Positions 9,917 to 21,200 of a stretch of DNA of 64,000 nucleotides are shown piece by piece. Position 1 is the first letter of the stretch. Every line of letters starts with the position of its first letter. This stretch comes from Thermoplasmata archaeon (GTDB lineage Archaea; Thermoplasmatota; Thermoplasmata; RBG-16-68-12; JAFNFQ01): NCBI GenBank assembly GCA_041489255.1, contig JBGPQV010000002.1, positions 128,001-192,000 on the forward strand. Reading direction: 5' to 3'. Made by a program: the position numbers and the translations under genes. The notes beneath the pieces were generated by a model. It searched no databases and was not told the DNA's origin. It saw only the letters and a list, made by a program, of their open reading frames with translations.

Positions 9917-12900
9917 TCATGCGACCGGAGGCTGCTCCTCCTCTTCCTCGGGCTGTTTCGGCTTCCTCTTCCTCAGGACAAAGAAGAACACAACCGCCAA
10001 GATCACGCCGACCAGCAGCACGACGCCGGAGATGACCGCGATGGAGCCAAGGTCGAGTCCCCAGCCGCCAGTCACGTGGATCTCATACATCTCAGTCGGC
10101 GCGCCGGCGGGCGCTTTCGCCACGTTCCCATAGATGTCCACCGCCTCGATGTAGTACTCCACCGTTCCGGGATTCTGGCCGACATTGTAGCTGATAAAGA
10201 ACCGGCCTTCGGGAATGTAAGTCTGTTCGATTGGAGGATTGAAGTAGGATGCGCCGATCGGCTTGACGTACAGCTTGACCACCGCGACGCCGGAGTCGTC
10301 AGTCGCCGTGCCTGTTATGACCACGGTATCCCTGGTCTTCATGTCCCCCGGCGGTGTATGTGTGATCAACGGCGGAATCATATCGGAGGCTATGAAGTCC
10401 ATCCAGGCGTACATCTCCGGGCGTGCTCCGCCGAGCAGATCGGTGAATCTCAAAGTCCCCGTCGTCCTGAGGACGGTGTTGAGCGGGAGGGTGGCGTTCA
10501 CTCTCGCTCCAATCACGATCTTCTCGAACCCCAGGGAAGACAGGTTACCGAGGTCCCACCACCGCTGCTGCCCGATTGTCCAATTAGGCGCGGGATCCGA
10601 AGAGACGAATTCGAGACCGGCGGGGAACACGTTGCTGACGTTTACAGCCCTGGCGGCGATCTGCCCGATGTTCCTCACCCAGATGCTGCAGCTGACATTC
10701 CAGCCCGGTTCCGCCCTGTTCTGGTCCGTCTCCATGTAGAAGGCCATGTACGGGCCGTGCGGGCCGGAAACCGGGTCTATCGGAGCCGTGGCGGCGTAGA
10801 TGTCCGGTCCGCCCGGGCGCCTCCAGTCCTGCCAGATCGCGGTGATATAGCCGAACGGGTTGAGAATTATGCGCGGCATGTAGTGGCTGTTCCCTGGCGG
10901 GTCGTCGTTCACGGGGAACGGATTGAATAGGGTCCGCCATGACGGTCCGTCCGCCCTCTGCAACACCTCGTCGACCGGCTGAAGGTTGCCTCCGGCTCCC
11001 GTGATCGCTGAGGTGCGTATGATCGGCTCTCCCCTCATGTAATGCCCGGTCATGTTCACATCGACGAACACGATCTTGTCGAGCGAGGAAAACGCCGCCA
11101 GAGGTGAGTCGAGCGGGGTCGCTGAAGTGCCGTTGTAGACGATGGTGTCCGCGTTATCATATACATCGACGGCTCCTTTGGTGACATTCAGGGCCACTCT
11201 GTTGAACGATACGTTGCCTGCGCCATTGTTCATGAAGGAGACGTTGAGGTCGCGGACATCCGGGACCGTAGTCACGCCCTGCGCGTACAGATCGACGCTC
11301 GCGTTCGTCCATACATCCCCTGTGTCCGACGGAGCGAACCAGGAGTTGTTCGCGCCGCGATCGAGTGACCAGTTCACGGTGCCTGTTCCCGTGTATGTGC
11401 TGTTCGCCCTGTATGTGATCTCCAGGCGGACGCTGGAAATCACATCCCCCGCATTCAATCCAGTCTTGGCTGGGTCGAAGGGCGACGTTGTGGCGCCATC
11501 TGTGTCGAACCCCTCAAGGGCGAGAGTCTTGCCAGGTCCGACACTCATCGAGAAGAGGTCGACAAAGTAGAGGAGAGAAATCTGCGCAAGAGTGTATCCC
11601 GTGGTGTCCCACGGCGCGATGAGATTCGGCTTCACTCCCGGGTATGTGTCGCGCGACCCGCTCATGACTATGTCCTCGTCTCTGTCCCAGGAGCCATTCA
11701 AGTTCGCATCGAAGTACCTCAGGTCGTCTCCTGTCAGGTCCTGCTGGAGGTTCGCCCTCCCCGGATTCATGACGCGGTCGGGGGAACCGTCGAGAATGCC
11801 TGGATCGAGGACATCGTTCCCGTTGTCGAGTATCGCAACTTCTCCCGGATCCAAAATTCCGTTGTAGCTTGACACATCGTCGATGAAATAGTTCGCACCC
11901 GATGTCGCGATTTTGGCGGGAAGGAAGGTCAACCCGCCATCCGTGGACTTTGCGACGTACACGGTATGTTTCGTGCTCCTGTCGTCCACCCAAGCGATAT
12001 AGATGAACTGCCCCGTCGGGTCGACCTGTATCCAGGGCTGCTGATGGGTCGTCCTGCTTGGCGCCATCACTATCGGCGAGGAATCGTTCACCGGCAGATT
12101 CATGCTGAAGTGCGTTCCGTCGTCCGAGTGCGCGTAGAAGATGTCCGTGCCCTCGTTCGGCTCGAAGCGTTCATCTTTCCAGGTGATGTGCAGCCGCCCG
12201 TTGGCGTCTATCGCGATCGAGGGCGAGCTCTGCACCTTGCCCGTGATGACGTCGTTCACCGGCGTGTTCGGTCCGAAAGTCCTCCCGCCATCGGTCGAGT
12301 TGGCGATGTAGACGTCGTCGTCTTCGACCTGGACGCCGCCCGGACGGTCGATCATGTCGCTGCGCCCATCCCGCCAAGTGACGTACACCTTGCCGCGCGG
12401 GTCTACGGCAACTCTCTGCTCGCTCCTAGTATTCACCGTGCTCGTTGACACGAGACTATGATTCGTCCACGTGTCCCCGCCATCATAGGAAGCAACGAGC
12501 CTGATGTCATTATAGTTCTCGCTGTAGGCAACGTAGATTGTGCCATTCGGCCCGACGGCCATGGAAGGCGCGTAGGCGGATATCCCCTCCATCGGCCCCT
12601 GGGCTATCCGCCTCGCGAAATGCGGCAGTCCGCTCGGCAGGGGGATCGACGTGAACATTATCACGTCGCCCTCCATCAATGCGCTCTCCTGCCATACGAC
12701 ATAAACCGTCTCGTTCCAGTACGCGATGTCGGGGGATTGTTGAATGGCGTCATTCATGGAAGGAACCGAGACCTGGACATGGCCCGTGAACGTCCCGCCG
12801 CTCCCGGGTGCGTGAGCGAACATTATCCGCCAATGCCCGGAGCTCTTGTCCTGCCAGGCAGCGTAGATTGTCCCGTCCCAGGCTACCGCCAATACCGGAA

Positions 12901-13051
12901 CGTTCCGGTCGAGATTCGTCTCGAGGTTGACACGGATGTTCGGCCTGAATGTCTCGCCTCTGGTTGAAGGCGCGAGCTGAACCGCGAACCCGACTACCAG
13001 CACCCCGACGACCAACGCTGCGAGTCTCATGGCGACATCGGAATGGCCCAA
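9917..13051 (-). CDS. Surface protein with BNR/Asp-box (sialidase-like) propeller, DUF11-like domain and C-terminal TM anchor
   Basis: SYDGGDTW, STDGGRTF, SDDGTHF and STDGGLTF Asp-boxes; signal peptide; TM helix followed by RKRKPK. Confidence 0.8.
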   Translation of the reverse strand: MGHSDVAMRLAALVVGVLVVGFAVQLAPSTRGETFRPNIRVNLETNLDRNVPVLAVAWDGTIYAAWQDKSSGHWRIMFAHAPGSGGTFTGHVQVSVPSMNDAIQQSPDIAYWNETVYVVWQESALMEGDVIMFTSIPLPSGLPHFARRIAQGPMEGISAYAPSMAVGPNGTIYVAYSENYNDIRLVASYDGGDTWTNHSLVSTSTVNTRSEQRVAVDPRGKVYVTWRDGRSDMIDRPGGVQVEDDDVYIANSTDGGRTFGPNTPVNDVITGKVQSSPSIAIDANGRLHITWKDERFEPNEGTDIFYAHSDDGTHFSMNLPVNDSSPIVMAPSRTTHQQPWIQVDPTGQFIYIAWVDDRSTKHTVYVAKSTDGGLTFLPAKIATSGANYFIDDVSSYNGILDPGEVAILDNGNDVLDPGILDGSPDRVMNPGRANLQQDLTGDDLRYFDANLNGSWDRDEDIVMSGSRDTYPGVKPNLIAPWDTTGYTLAQISLLYFVDLFSMSVGPGKTLALEGFDTDGATTSPFDPAKTGLNAGDVISSVRLEITYRANSTYTGTGTVNWSLDRGANNSWFAPSDTGDVWTNASVDLYAQGVTTVPDVRDLNVSFMNNGAGNVSFNRVALNVTKGAVDVYDNADTIVYNGTSATPLDSPLAAFSSLDKIVFVDVNMTGHYMRGEPIIRTSAITGAGGNLQPVDEVLQRADGPSWRTLFNPFPVNDDPPGNSHYMPRIILNPFGYITAIWQDWRRPGGPDIYAATAPIDPVSGPHGPYMAFYMETDQNRAEPGWNVSCSIWVRNIGQIAARAVNVSNVFPAGLEFVSSDPAPNWTIGQQRWWDLGNLSSLGFEKIVIGARVNATLPLNTVLRTTGTLRFTDLLGGARPEMYAWMDFIASDMIPPLITHTPPGDMKTRDTVVITGTATDDSGVAVVKLYVKPIGASYFNPPIEQTYIPEGRFFISYNVGQNPGTVEYYIEAVDIYGNVAKAPAGAPTEMYEIHVTGGWGLDLGSIAVISGVVLLVGVILAVVFFFVLRKRKPKQPEEEEEQPPVA

Positions 13052-13104
13052 GGTATTATTAAATCGGATGCCGCGCTTACCCGCCGAAGGAGAGGTGAGG
13101 AGCC

Positions 13105-13638
13105 ATGGTCACCCAATCGAGGATATTCATCGCGAAGGACGGGAGGCGGGTCGTCATAAGGTCGATCAGATGGGAGGATCTAGATGGCGTGATCGAGTTC
13201 ATCAATTCCTTGGCAGACGAGGGTTTCGAGAGCACGCAGAGGGTGACGAGGAGCGAGGAGGCCGATTGGCTCGGGAGGAGACTTGCGCGAATGGAGAAAG
13301 GCGAGCTGATCGAGGCTGTCGCGGAGGTCGACGGGAAGGTCGTCGCGAACTCTGAGGTGGAAAAGAGGACCGGGGTGATGAGCCACCTCGGTTACCTCGG
13401 CATGGCGACAATGTCCGGGTATCGAGGAATCGGAATCGGGACGGAGCTCATGAAGACCTTGATCGAGGAGGTAAGGATGGCGGGACTCAGGGTGCTCGTC
13501 CTCGATCACTACGAGACGAACACGGTCGCCAAAAGACTGTACGAGAAGGTCGGGTTCAAGGAGGCGGGCAGGATTCCCAAGGCCATCCATAGAGACGGCA
13601 CCTACACCGACTTGGTCCGCATGGTCATGGAGCTCTAG
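13105..13638 (+). CDS. GNAT family N-acetyltransferase
   Basis: YRGIGIGTELM acetyl-CoA motif; NTVAKRLYEKVGF. Confidence 0.9.
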   Translation: MVTQSRIFIAKDGRRVVIRSIRWEDLDGVIEFINSLADEGFESTQRVTRSEEADWLGRRLARMEKGELIEAVAEVDGKVVANSEVEKRTGVMSHLGYLGMATMSGYRGIGIGTELMKTLIEEVRMAGLRVLVLDHYETNTVAKRLYEKVGFKEAGRIPKAIHRDGTYTDLVRMVMEL

Positions 13639-13716
13639 CAAAAGAAGATATATCAGTAAAACCGCGCTCAGGAATCTACATCTAGTCGGGGCACCGCTAG
13701 GACCGCAGGGATTGCA

Positions 13717-16700
13717 TTGAGAGTCTCGAGCGCTATTGCGATTGGGCTAGTGATCATTGCAGCACAGGCCTTGATCCTGATTTCTTTGCCGCAGACTGCA
13801 TCTGCATATGCGTTTCATACGCCGATAGTCATCACAAGTGATTCAGGTTTTAATTCAAGTAATGGCGTCACCGGGGGAAGCGGCCTGCCCGGCAATCCCT
13901 ACATCATCGAGGGCTGGGAGATCAACACATCCGCATCGTATGGCATCTCGATCCAGAATACGAACGCATATTTCGTCATTCGCGGTGTCTATGTTCACGG
14001 CGGATACTGGAGTGGAATCTATATGTATATGGTCTCTGGCGGGCGTGTTGAGAACTCGACGATTTCTGACAATGACTACGGGCTGTATCTCTCATCGGTC
14101 ACGAATACCACCATTGCGGATAACCTGATCACCGGCAACTCATGCGGTATCGAGGCGGGCGGCTCGATAAATGTGACGATAGAGGGCAACGTCGTCACAT
14201 CCAACTTTGGACTTGGAGTCTTCGTCCATTCAGATTATTCGGTGATAAGAAACAACAACGTCACCTGGAATGGCGGCGAGGGCCTCTACTTGGACGGTGC
14301 CGCTTGGCTCACCGTGGAAGGCAATGAAGTGGCGAACAACTACGATGGAATAGTACTCGAGCACCGGATCAACAATTGCACGCTCTCGCACAACCGGATT
14401 ATCTCAAACCGAGTCGGCATCAGATATGACAATAACTCTCGCATGATTTCTCTCATCTACAACCTGATTCGTCAAAATACCCAAGATGGTCTGGAGATTC
14501 GTGGCGGCATTGAGAATCTCGTGGCGTACAACGAGATTTCCTACAACGCAGGCTATGGTGTCAGAATAATGGATCCGTTCAACTCCACAAACTTCCTGGT
14601 TCACCACAACAACTTCATCGGCAATTCGGTGCCCCAAGCGTACGATTACACCGGGATGTACGATCGCTGGGACGACGGCTGCTCCGTCGGCGGCAACTAC
14701 TGGTCCGACTACTCGGGAAGCGATGGTTTCGATTGCGTCTCCGGCATGGCGGGAAGCGACGGATACGGCGACACGCCATATGTGATAGACTCCGATTCGC
14801 AGGACAACTACCCCTTCATGCAGCCCTTGGATCTGTCCTTCAACAACACTCCGCCGACCGTGACTGTCACCAGTCCGAACGGAGGTGAGACTTGGACAGG
14901 GGGCAGCGTCTACAATATCACATGGTCGATGTACGACGACTTCGACTCGGATCTTTCGGTCTGGATTCAGTACTCCATCGATGCTGGGAGTAGCTGGGAA
15001 GACATCCCCGGCGCGCAGAACATCAACCTGCCTGTCGGAAACCAGACATTCCCCTGGACGGTGCCTTATGCTAACACGGACTACGCGCAGGTTAAGGTCG
15101 AAGTCATGGATTCCAGCGGCGCGACAGCTACTGACTATAGCGATGACTTCTTCACGATCTTCACAGACGCACCCTTCATCGTCGCCACAAATCCGACTGA
15201 TGGCGAGATTGACGTGCCCGTTACCGCCCCAATAGTGATCACATTCAGCGAGTCGATGAATACATCGAGCGTCACGGTCTCGGTCGTCCCCACTCAGCCA
15301 TTCACGCACAGTTGGTCGGCGGGTGACACGGTTCTCACTCTCGGTCACACGACTCCTTTCATGGACTGCACGATGTACACCGTCTCCGTCTACGGCCAGA
15401 ATTGGAACGGGGATAGCCTCGTCCCCGGCCCCGTGCCGAATCCGTTCAGCTTCACTGTGGGTTGCGGTGCGCAGTTCTGGGTCGCGCTCCAGAGTCCTGT
15501 CGGCGGGGAGGACTGGACGGGCGGCTGCCTCAAGACTATTGCTTGGAACGTCACGGACCAGGGAGGACCTCTCTTCAACCTCACGATCGACCTCTACTAC
15601 TCCGGCAATGGCGGGAGTTCTTGGACTGCCATTGCCTTGAATGTCACCGGGGCAAACGGCACCTACGATTGGTCAGTTCCCCTTATTGATTCAAGTATCG
15701 TAAAAGTGAAGGTGTGTGCGACGAAGCCAGGAGGCGGCACCGCCTGCGGAATGAGCGGGCTATTCACGATTGATGGAACACCGCCACAGGTAACGCAGAC
15801 GAGTCCTCAAAACGGGACCATCGACGTCCCAGTCGATGCGAACATCCAGGTCTATTGGAGCGAGCCGATGAACATCCAATACGGCGCCGTCTTCACCAGA
15901 CCGACGATTCTTGTCAATACGAGCTGGAATGCCTCGAGGACGATGTATCAGGTCGATCCCTTCAATCCGTTATCCCCCTGCACATGGTACACGTTCACCT
16001 TCGACTACTTCAGGGACGATAGCGATCCTGGCAACAACATGTCGTCGGCCTACGACTTGAGCTTCATGACGAAATGCCCCGGACCGCCATCGGTGACTCT
16101 CCAGCATCCCGTCGGCGACGAGTATATCGCGGGCGGCTCGACGTACACAGTCTCATGGACCGCCATCGACGACGAGACTCCGCTCGCCCAGATTGCCTTC
16201 ATCGTCAACTACACGAGCAGCGCCGGTTCAGGCCTGATCGTCGGACCAGTTCAGGGGATGACCAGCTTTGTCTGGAACGTCCCCGCCATAGACGTCACAG
16301 ACGCGGTCGTCAATATCAGCGCCACGGACGGCGACAGCATGACGGGCTGGGACGCGAGCGGGCCGTTCACGATCGACTCAACGCCGCCATCTCTGTCCAG
16401 CTACGGTCCGACCGGATGGAACGTTTCGGTGAACGCGAGCGTCGACGCGTTCTTCGACGAGCCTGTCAGCGCGATGCTTAACTTCGAAAAGGCGAGTTTC
16501 GGACTCCAAGATGTCGCGACGTCGGGTTGGATGCCTGTCACATGGCACATAGTGCCTTCAGGCTCGCCCTTCCCGCAAGAGTTCCACTTCGTACCCGATT
16601 CGCCTCTGGAGCAATGCGCATCCTATCATGCATATATCAACGGCACTTTCTTCGACAGGGCATCGTGGTATCTCACGAACCCGACTGACTGGATATTCCA

Positions 16701-18168
16701 CACAGTCTGCCCGCCAGGCGTGTCACTCCAAACCTTGTTAGGAGGGAAAGACTGGACCGGTGGTTCGGATCATACCGTCATTTGGTCGATGAGCGACGAG
16801 ATAGACGCGCAGCTGCAGGTCCGGGTCGACTACTCGAAGGACGGCGGGCTCGACGGCTACCCGTACAACGCCTACTCGGCGGTTCGAACCACCGGCGTCA
16901 TAGCGTTCGTCTGGACCGTTCCGCTCATCGACACCGCCAATGCGAGAATCAAGGTCACGGTGATGGACAGCTCCGGGCTGAGGACGGCTGCTGAGAGCCA
17001 AGCGTTCAAGATTGACTCGACGCCGCCGTCGATCCTGACGAGCGTGCCGAGCCAGGGAGGGCTTGGCTTCAAGTTGACCGATGATATCCAGGTCGTGTTC
17101 ACGGAGGAGGTCGTCAGGTCTACCGCTGAGCAGGCGTTCTCCATCACGCCGAATCCCGGGGGGCTCTCCTTCGCCTGGCAACGCCTCGGCTTGGGCAACG
17201 ACATGCTCATTGTCACCCACAAGCCTCTATCGTCGAAGACCGACTACACGATCTCATTCAGCACCGCCATCAGGGATGTGAGCGATCCCGGCAACAATCC
17301 GGCCGCCTCCTTGAACATCCACTTCTCCACGAAGCCGCCGCCCGACGTGAATCCCCCTGTCGCGAAGGCGGTCGGGCACAACCAGATACTGGTCGGCGAA
17401 CGGACGACATTCGATGGCAGTCAGTCCACGGGCAACATAGACTCCTACGTTTGGACGGTCAAGGACAACCAGAACAACATCGTCGACGTGCTCGTCGGGA
17501 TGATCGTCAACTACACCTTCACCAAGAACGGGCGGTACAGTGTCACCCTCGTCGTGACCGACGACGTCGGAAGGACGGGGACCGACAGCATCGAGATCGC
17601 CGTCACGAGCAACGACAACGCCGGCTCCTTGCTCATGCTCTCCGCAGCCCTGATGACCGCCGCCATCTTGGGCGGGACGGAGATAGGCCGGATGTCCCTG
17701 TTCATGCTCGTCGCGGTCCCCGTCTACAAGAGGAAGAACAAGGGCAAGGAGGACCCGGAGCTGCGCGGCATGATCAAGGGTTACATCCTCGTGCATCCGG
17801 GGGACACCTACACCGACATCAAGCGCAACCTCTCGTTGAATGACGGCGCGCTCACCTGGCACCTCATGAAGCTCGAGAAGGCCAGCCTCATCAAGTCAAT
17901 GATCCGCGGCTCGAGGAGACTGTACTTCCCGGCGAACATGCCGCTGCCCTTCGAGGACGGCGGGGACCTGCACGAGATCGAGAAGCGGATGCTGCACATG
18001 GTGAAGACAGACCCCGGGATGACCGTGAAGGTGCTGGCTGAGGAACTCGGGGTGTCGAGTCAACTGGCGCTCTACCACATGAGGAAGCTGTCACAGAGGG
18101 GGCTGGTCTCCCTTGAGAGACGAGGACTGCGTCTGAAGGCCTATCCTCCTTCAAAGCGCGCGACCTAG
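13717..18168 (+). CDS. Giant membrane protein: NosD-like beta-helix, 4x (Ig-like + Big_5), PKD, TM, cytoplasmic tandem winged-HTH
   Basis: GGNYWSDY NosD motif; four SPNGGETWTGG-like units; C-terminal RGMIKGYILVHPG..LTWHLMKLEK and LAEELGVSSQLALYHMRKL. Confidence 0.85.
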   Translation: MRVSSAIAIGLVIIAAQALILISLPQTASAYAFHTPIVITSDSGFNSSNGVTGGSGLPGNPYIIEGWEINTSASYGISIQNTNAYFVIRGVYVHGGYWSGIYMYMVSGGRVENSTISDNDYGLYLSSVTNTTIADNLITGNSCGIEAGGSINVTIEGNVVTSNFGLGVFVHSDYSVIRNNNVTWNGGEGLYLDGAAWLTVEGNEVANNYDGIVLEHRINNCTLSHNRIISNRVGIRYDNNSRMISLIYNLIRQNTQDGLEIRGGIENLVAYNEISYNAGYGVRIMDPFNSTNFLVHHNNFIGNSVPQAYDYTGMYDRWDDGCSVGGNYWSDYSGSDGFDCVSGMAGSDGYGDTPYVIDSDSQDNYPFMQPLDLSFNNTPPTVTVTSPNGGETWTGGSVYNITWSMYDDFDSDLSVWIQYSIDAGSSWEDIPGAQNINLPVGNQTFPWTVPYANTDYAQVKVEVMDSSGATATDYSDDFFTIFTDAPFIVATNPTDGEIDVPVTAPIVITFSESMNTSSVTVSVVPTQPFTHSWSAGDTVLTLGHTTPFMDCTMYTVSVYGQNWNGDSLVPGPVPNPFSFTVGCGAQFWVALQSPVGGEDWTGGCLKTIAWNVTDQGGPLFNLTIDLYYSGNGGSSWTAIALNVTGANGTYDWSVPLIDSSIVKVKVCATKPGGGTACGMSGLFTIDGTPPQVTQTSPQNGTIDVPVDANIQVYWSEPMNIQYGAVFTRPTILVNTSWNASRTMYQVDPFNPLSPCTWYTFTFDYFRDDSDPGNNMSSAYDLSFMTKCPGPPSVTLQHPVGDEYIAGGSTYTVSWTAIDDETPLAQIAFIVNYTSSAGSGLIVGPVQGMTSFVWNVPAIDVTDAVVNISATDGDSMTGWDASGPFTIDSTPPSLSSYGPTGWNVSVNASVDAFFDEPVSAMLNFEKASFGLQDVATSGWMPVTWHIVPSGSPFPQEFHFVPDSPLEQCASYHAYINGTFFDRASWYLTNPTDWIFHTVCPPGVSLQTLLGGKDWTGGSDHTVIWSMSDEIDAQLQVRVDYSKDGGLDGYPYNAYSAVRTTGVIAFVWTVPLIDTANARIKVTVMDSSGLRTAAESQAFKIDSTPPSILTSVPSQGGLGFKLTDDIQVVFTEEVVRSTAEQAFSITPNPGGLSFAWQRLGLGNDMLIVTHKPLSSKTDYTISFSTAIRDVSDPGNNPAASLNIHFSTKPPPDVNPPVAKAVGHNQILVGERTTFDGSQSTGNIDSYVWTVKDNQNNIVDVLVGMIVNYTFTKNGRYSVTLVVTDDVGRTGTDSIEIAVTSNDNAGSLLMLSAALMTAAILGGTEIGRMSLFMLVAVPVYKRKNKGKEDPELRGMIKGYILVHPGDTYTDIKRNLSLNDGALTWHLMKLEKASLIKSMIRGSRRLYFPANMPLPFEDGGDLHEIEKRMLHMVKTDPGMTVKVLAEELGVSSQLALYHMRKLSQRGLVSLERRGLRLKAYPPSKRAT

Positions 18169-18245
18169 ATACATTGAAATAAGCGTAAAAGGCGCGTACA
18201 GCAACTTACTTCTATCCAGCGCACCGTGAGTGCACCGGGATTGTC

Positions 18246-21200
18246 TTGAGGAAATCGGGAGCGCTCGAGATAGTCAGCATCGTCCTGGCGGTGCAACTAG
18301 TGCTTCTGCTCCCATCTCCGCGCGTCATGGGATGGATACCGGAGCCGTACGAGCTCTACGGGACCGCGCACGATGAGGTCGGGGTCGTTCTTCTCGACGG
18401 TGAGCCGATAAGGACGTTCATCGACGGCGTCGAGTACTCCAATAAGACCTCCGTGTACAGCCGCCCTGGATACTTCGACGGATATTTCGACGTCGACACC
18501 TACGGCAACTACAGGAGCAACCGCACAGTCCCCGGCACGCCGTGGATAAAGGAGGGCGGGGACGAGGGTGACGACATCATGTACTCTTGGGGGGACATGA
18601 GCAACAACACCCAGATCGGAGGAGCGAGCCAGCCGTGGAAGCAAGGGGTCGTCTTCAAGGAGAATCACACCTGGCAGACAGGTCTTCCGCCCGAGGCCGG
18701 GGATCTGACTACGGCGCCTGACAGATTGCAGCCGCCATCTGTCAAGATATTCAGCATCACCACGAACAGCACATTACCCCCTTACAACGACCACCTATGG
18801 CTCTGCAATGCGGGGCCTTATCCGGTAGACGCTTCGACGCTGTACATCCAGAAGGATATACCAGGAAGCTACGACGGCCCAATCGTCCAAGTGCCGTCCG
18901 GCACCATCGATCCCTACCAGCGCTACCACATCATCACGGGATCGCGGGATTACTTCGTCGAGACTGGCGACGCTGTGAAGCTCGTCTGGAAGAACAACGC
19001 CTCCGACCCCCAGGCTCCTTTTGGCGGTAGAGACATAGTCATTGACAGGGTCGAATTCAACGCGACCGTGGGCGGGACACTCGATTGGGAGCCGGGCAAC
19101 ACGATTATGAACGATGAGACCGCTCCAGACGTGGGCCGTCAGATCAACAGGTCTGCGACTTGCCGCGACACGAATTCGCGCGAGCGGGACTTTTTCCAGG
19201 ATAATGAGATAATAGAATATCCGAGGCCGCTTCCGCCGGATCCTGTCTGCATCGAAGGGTTGTGCAACTGGGACATCGGCAACCCAGCGCTCGATCATGT
19301 GCTCCGCAATATGAATTTCAGAATTAATTGGACACATCACGGCTGGTACGACGACCCTCAAGTTGCAGCGACGGTTTACATGCGGAATTCGACCGCAACG
19401 ACATGGACGGGCTCGACCGGACCCTCCCAGGAGATGACCTACAGCGGCTTACCCCTGCTCTGCGGCACCGACTATTGGATAGGTGTCATCACGAAGGCTA
19501 GCGGACCATTATTCAGTTATGTCACCGAGCTGAGGTTCCGAATAAACTGCTTGCCGACCGCGGTCAACCGCGTATGGCCGCTCAACGGTCAGTTCACCTC
19601 AGCCGAGAGTGGTCAACGCGTCTCGTGGTCAAACTCGACCGATTTTGATCTGGGCGACACGCTGGACTACACCTGGTGGGTCGATGACACGAATCCTATG
19701 ACCGCCCCTTATGTGAGCAATGGAACGACGATGAACAACTACTCAGACCCGTTCCAGACCAACGCGTCGACGACCTATTTCTGGTGCCTCAATGTGTCCG
19801 ACGGCTGGGGCGCGCCCGTGAGCAATTGCGCCAACCTGTGGGTGTTCATGACCGAGGGGCTGCCCGTGCCACCGACCGCCACCTTGCTGAAGGTCGATAG
19901 CCATGCTTCGGGCGAAGGATACTTGAACCGCGTACCAATCACCAACCCCGTCCGTGACCCTGTCTTCTCATGGCTATTCCTCCCGATGAGCAGGTTGCAG
20001 ACGGGCTTCCACATCGAAGTCCGGGACACTGCCGGCACCCTGATGTGGGGACTCAACACCTCTGGATCAGGGTCGACGGTTGAATACAACTCCGACGGCT
20101 CCGGCACTGCGCTGAGCGTCGGCACCTGCAACTACTTCCGAGTGAAGGTGCGGGATTACCTCACCCCGCAACTCTGGAGCGACTGGTCCACACCGCTGGA
20201 CTTCTGCATCAACACCCCGCCCCCGGTCCCGGATCCCCTCGCCCCGGCTGAGAACAGCACCCGCCTTCCGGGCTCCGCGATCATCTACTGGAGCGTGGTG
20301 AATGACACGGATACCGGCACTCCCGACACGGTCACCTATGAGTACTGCATAGATTCTGCCGCCTACCCGCCATACCCGACCTGCAACATCGCTCATGTCA
20401 CGGTAGGCGCCAACAATTCGAACGCATTCATAACGGCCAACGGCCTCATCTATCTCTGGGAAGTGAGGTCGTACGACTCATACGAGTACTCAGCCTGGAG
20501 TGCGGTCTGGAACTTCACCACCATAGTGCCGCCCGTTGCGGAGGCTGTTGGACCCGGCGAGGCGCTTGTGGGGAATATGGTAACATTCTACGGCAACGGT
20601 TCCCAGGGCAACATCTCGCAATACACTTGGACCATTAGAGACTATCAAGGCGCTATCGTCACTCGGCTGACAGGGGCCATCGTCAATTATGCATTCCAAG
20701 ACCCGGGAACCTATTCGGTCACCTTAACTGTCTATGATGATTCAACGGGTTTGAGCGGCAGTGACGCATTCTATGTGCTTGTGAAAAATGTGCCCAAGGA
20801 AGGCTTCGACTGGTTGTGGCTTCTCATCCTGCTCGCCATCCTTTTCATCATCGCTCCAGTCGGCGGGACCGAGATCGGGCGCGTCGCTCTATTGACTCTT
20901 TTGGTCGCTCCCATGCACGGCAGAAGGACGAAGGACAAGGATGAGGCGGAGACTCGGGGGATGATCCGCGGCTTCATCCTGGGCAATCCCGGGGAGTGCT
21001 ATACTTCCATCAGGCAGAACCTCGGGCTGAAGAACGGAACGCTGTCCTGGCACCTGATGAAGCTCGAGAAGGAGGGCATCATCAAGTCCAGGGTGCAGGG
21101 CACGAGGAGGAGGTACTACTCCAAGGGGGCGGCCATCCCCGCCGAGAACGGCGGAGAGCTGCGGGAGATCGAGAAGCGGCTCCTCGGGGCAGTCGAGGAG

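Noticed and set aside
9504-10133. ORFs across the first array (9504-10133 +, 9507-9920 -, 9523-9765 +) and the extended hel308 N-terminus
   Set aside because: The heptad register shifts between frames at the 20-bp slips and the translations look non-protein-like; they are by-products of the DNA repeat.
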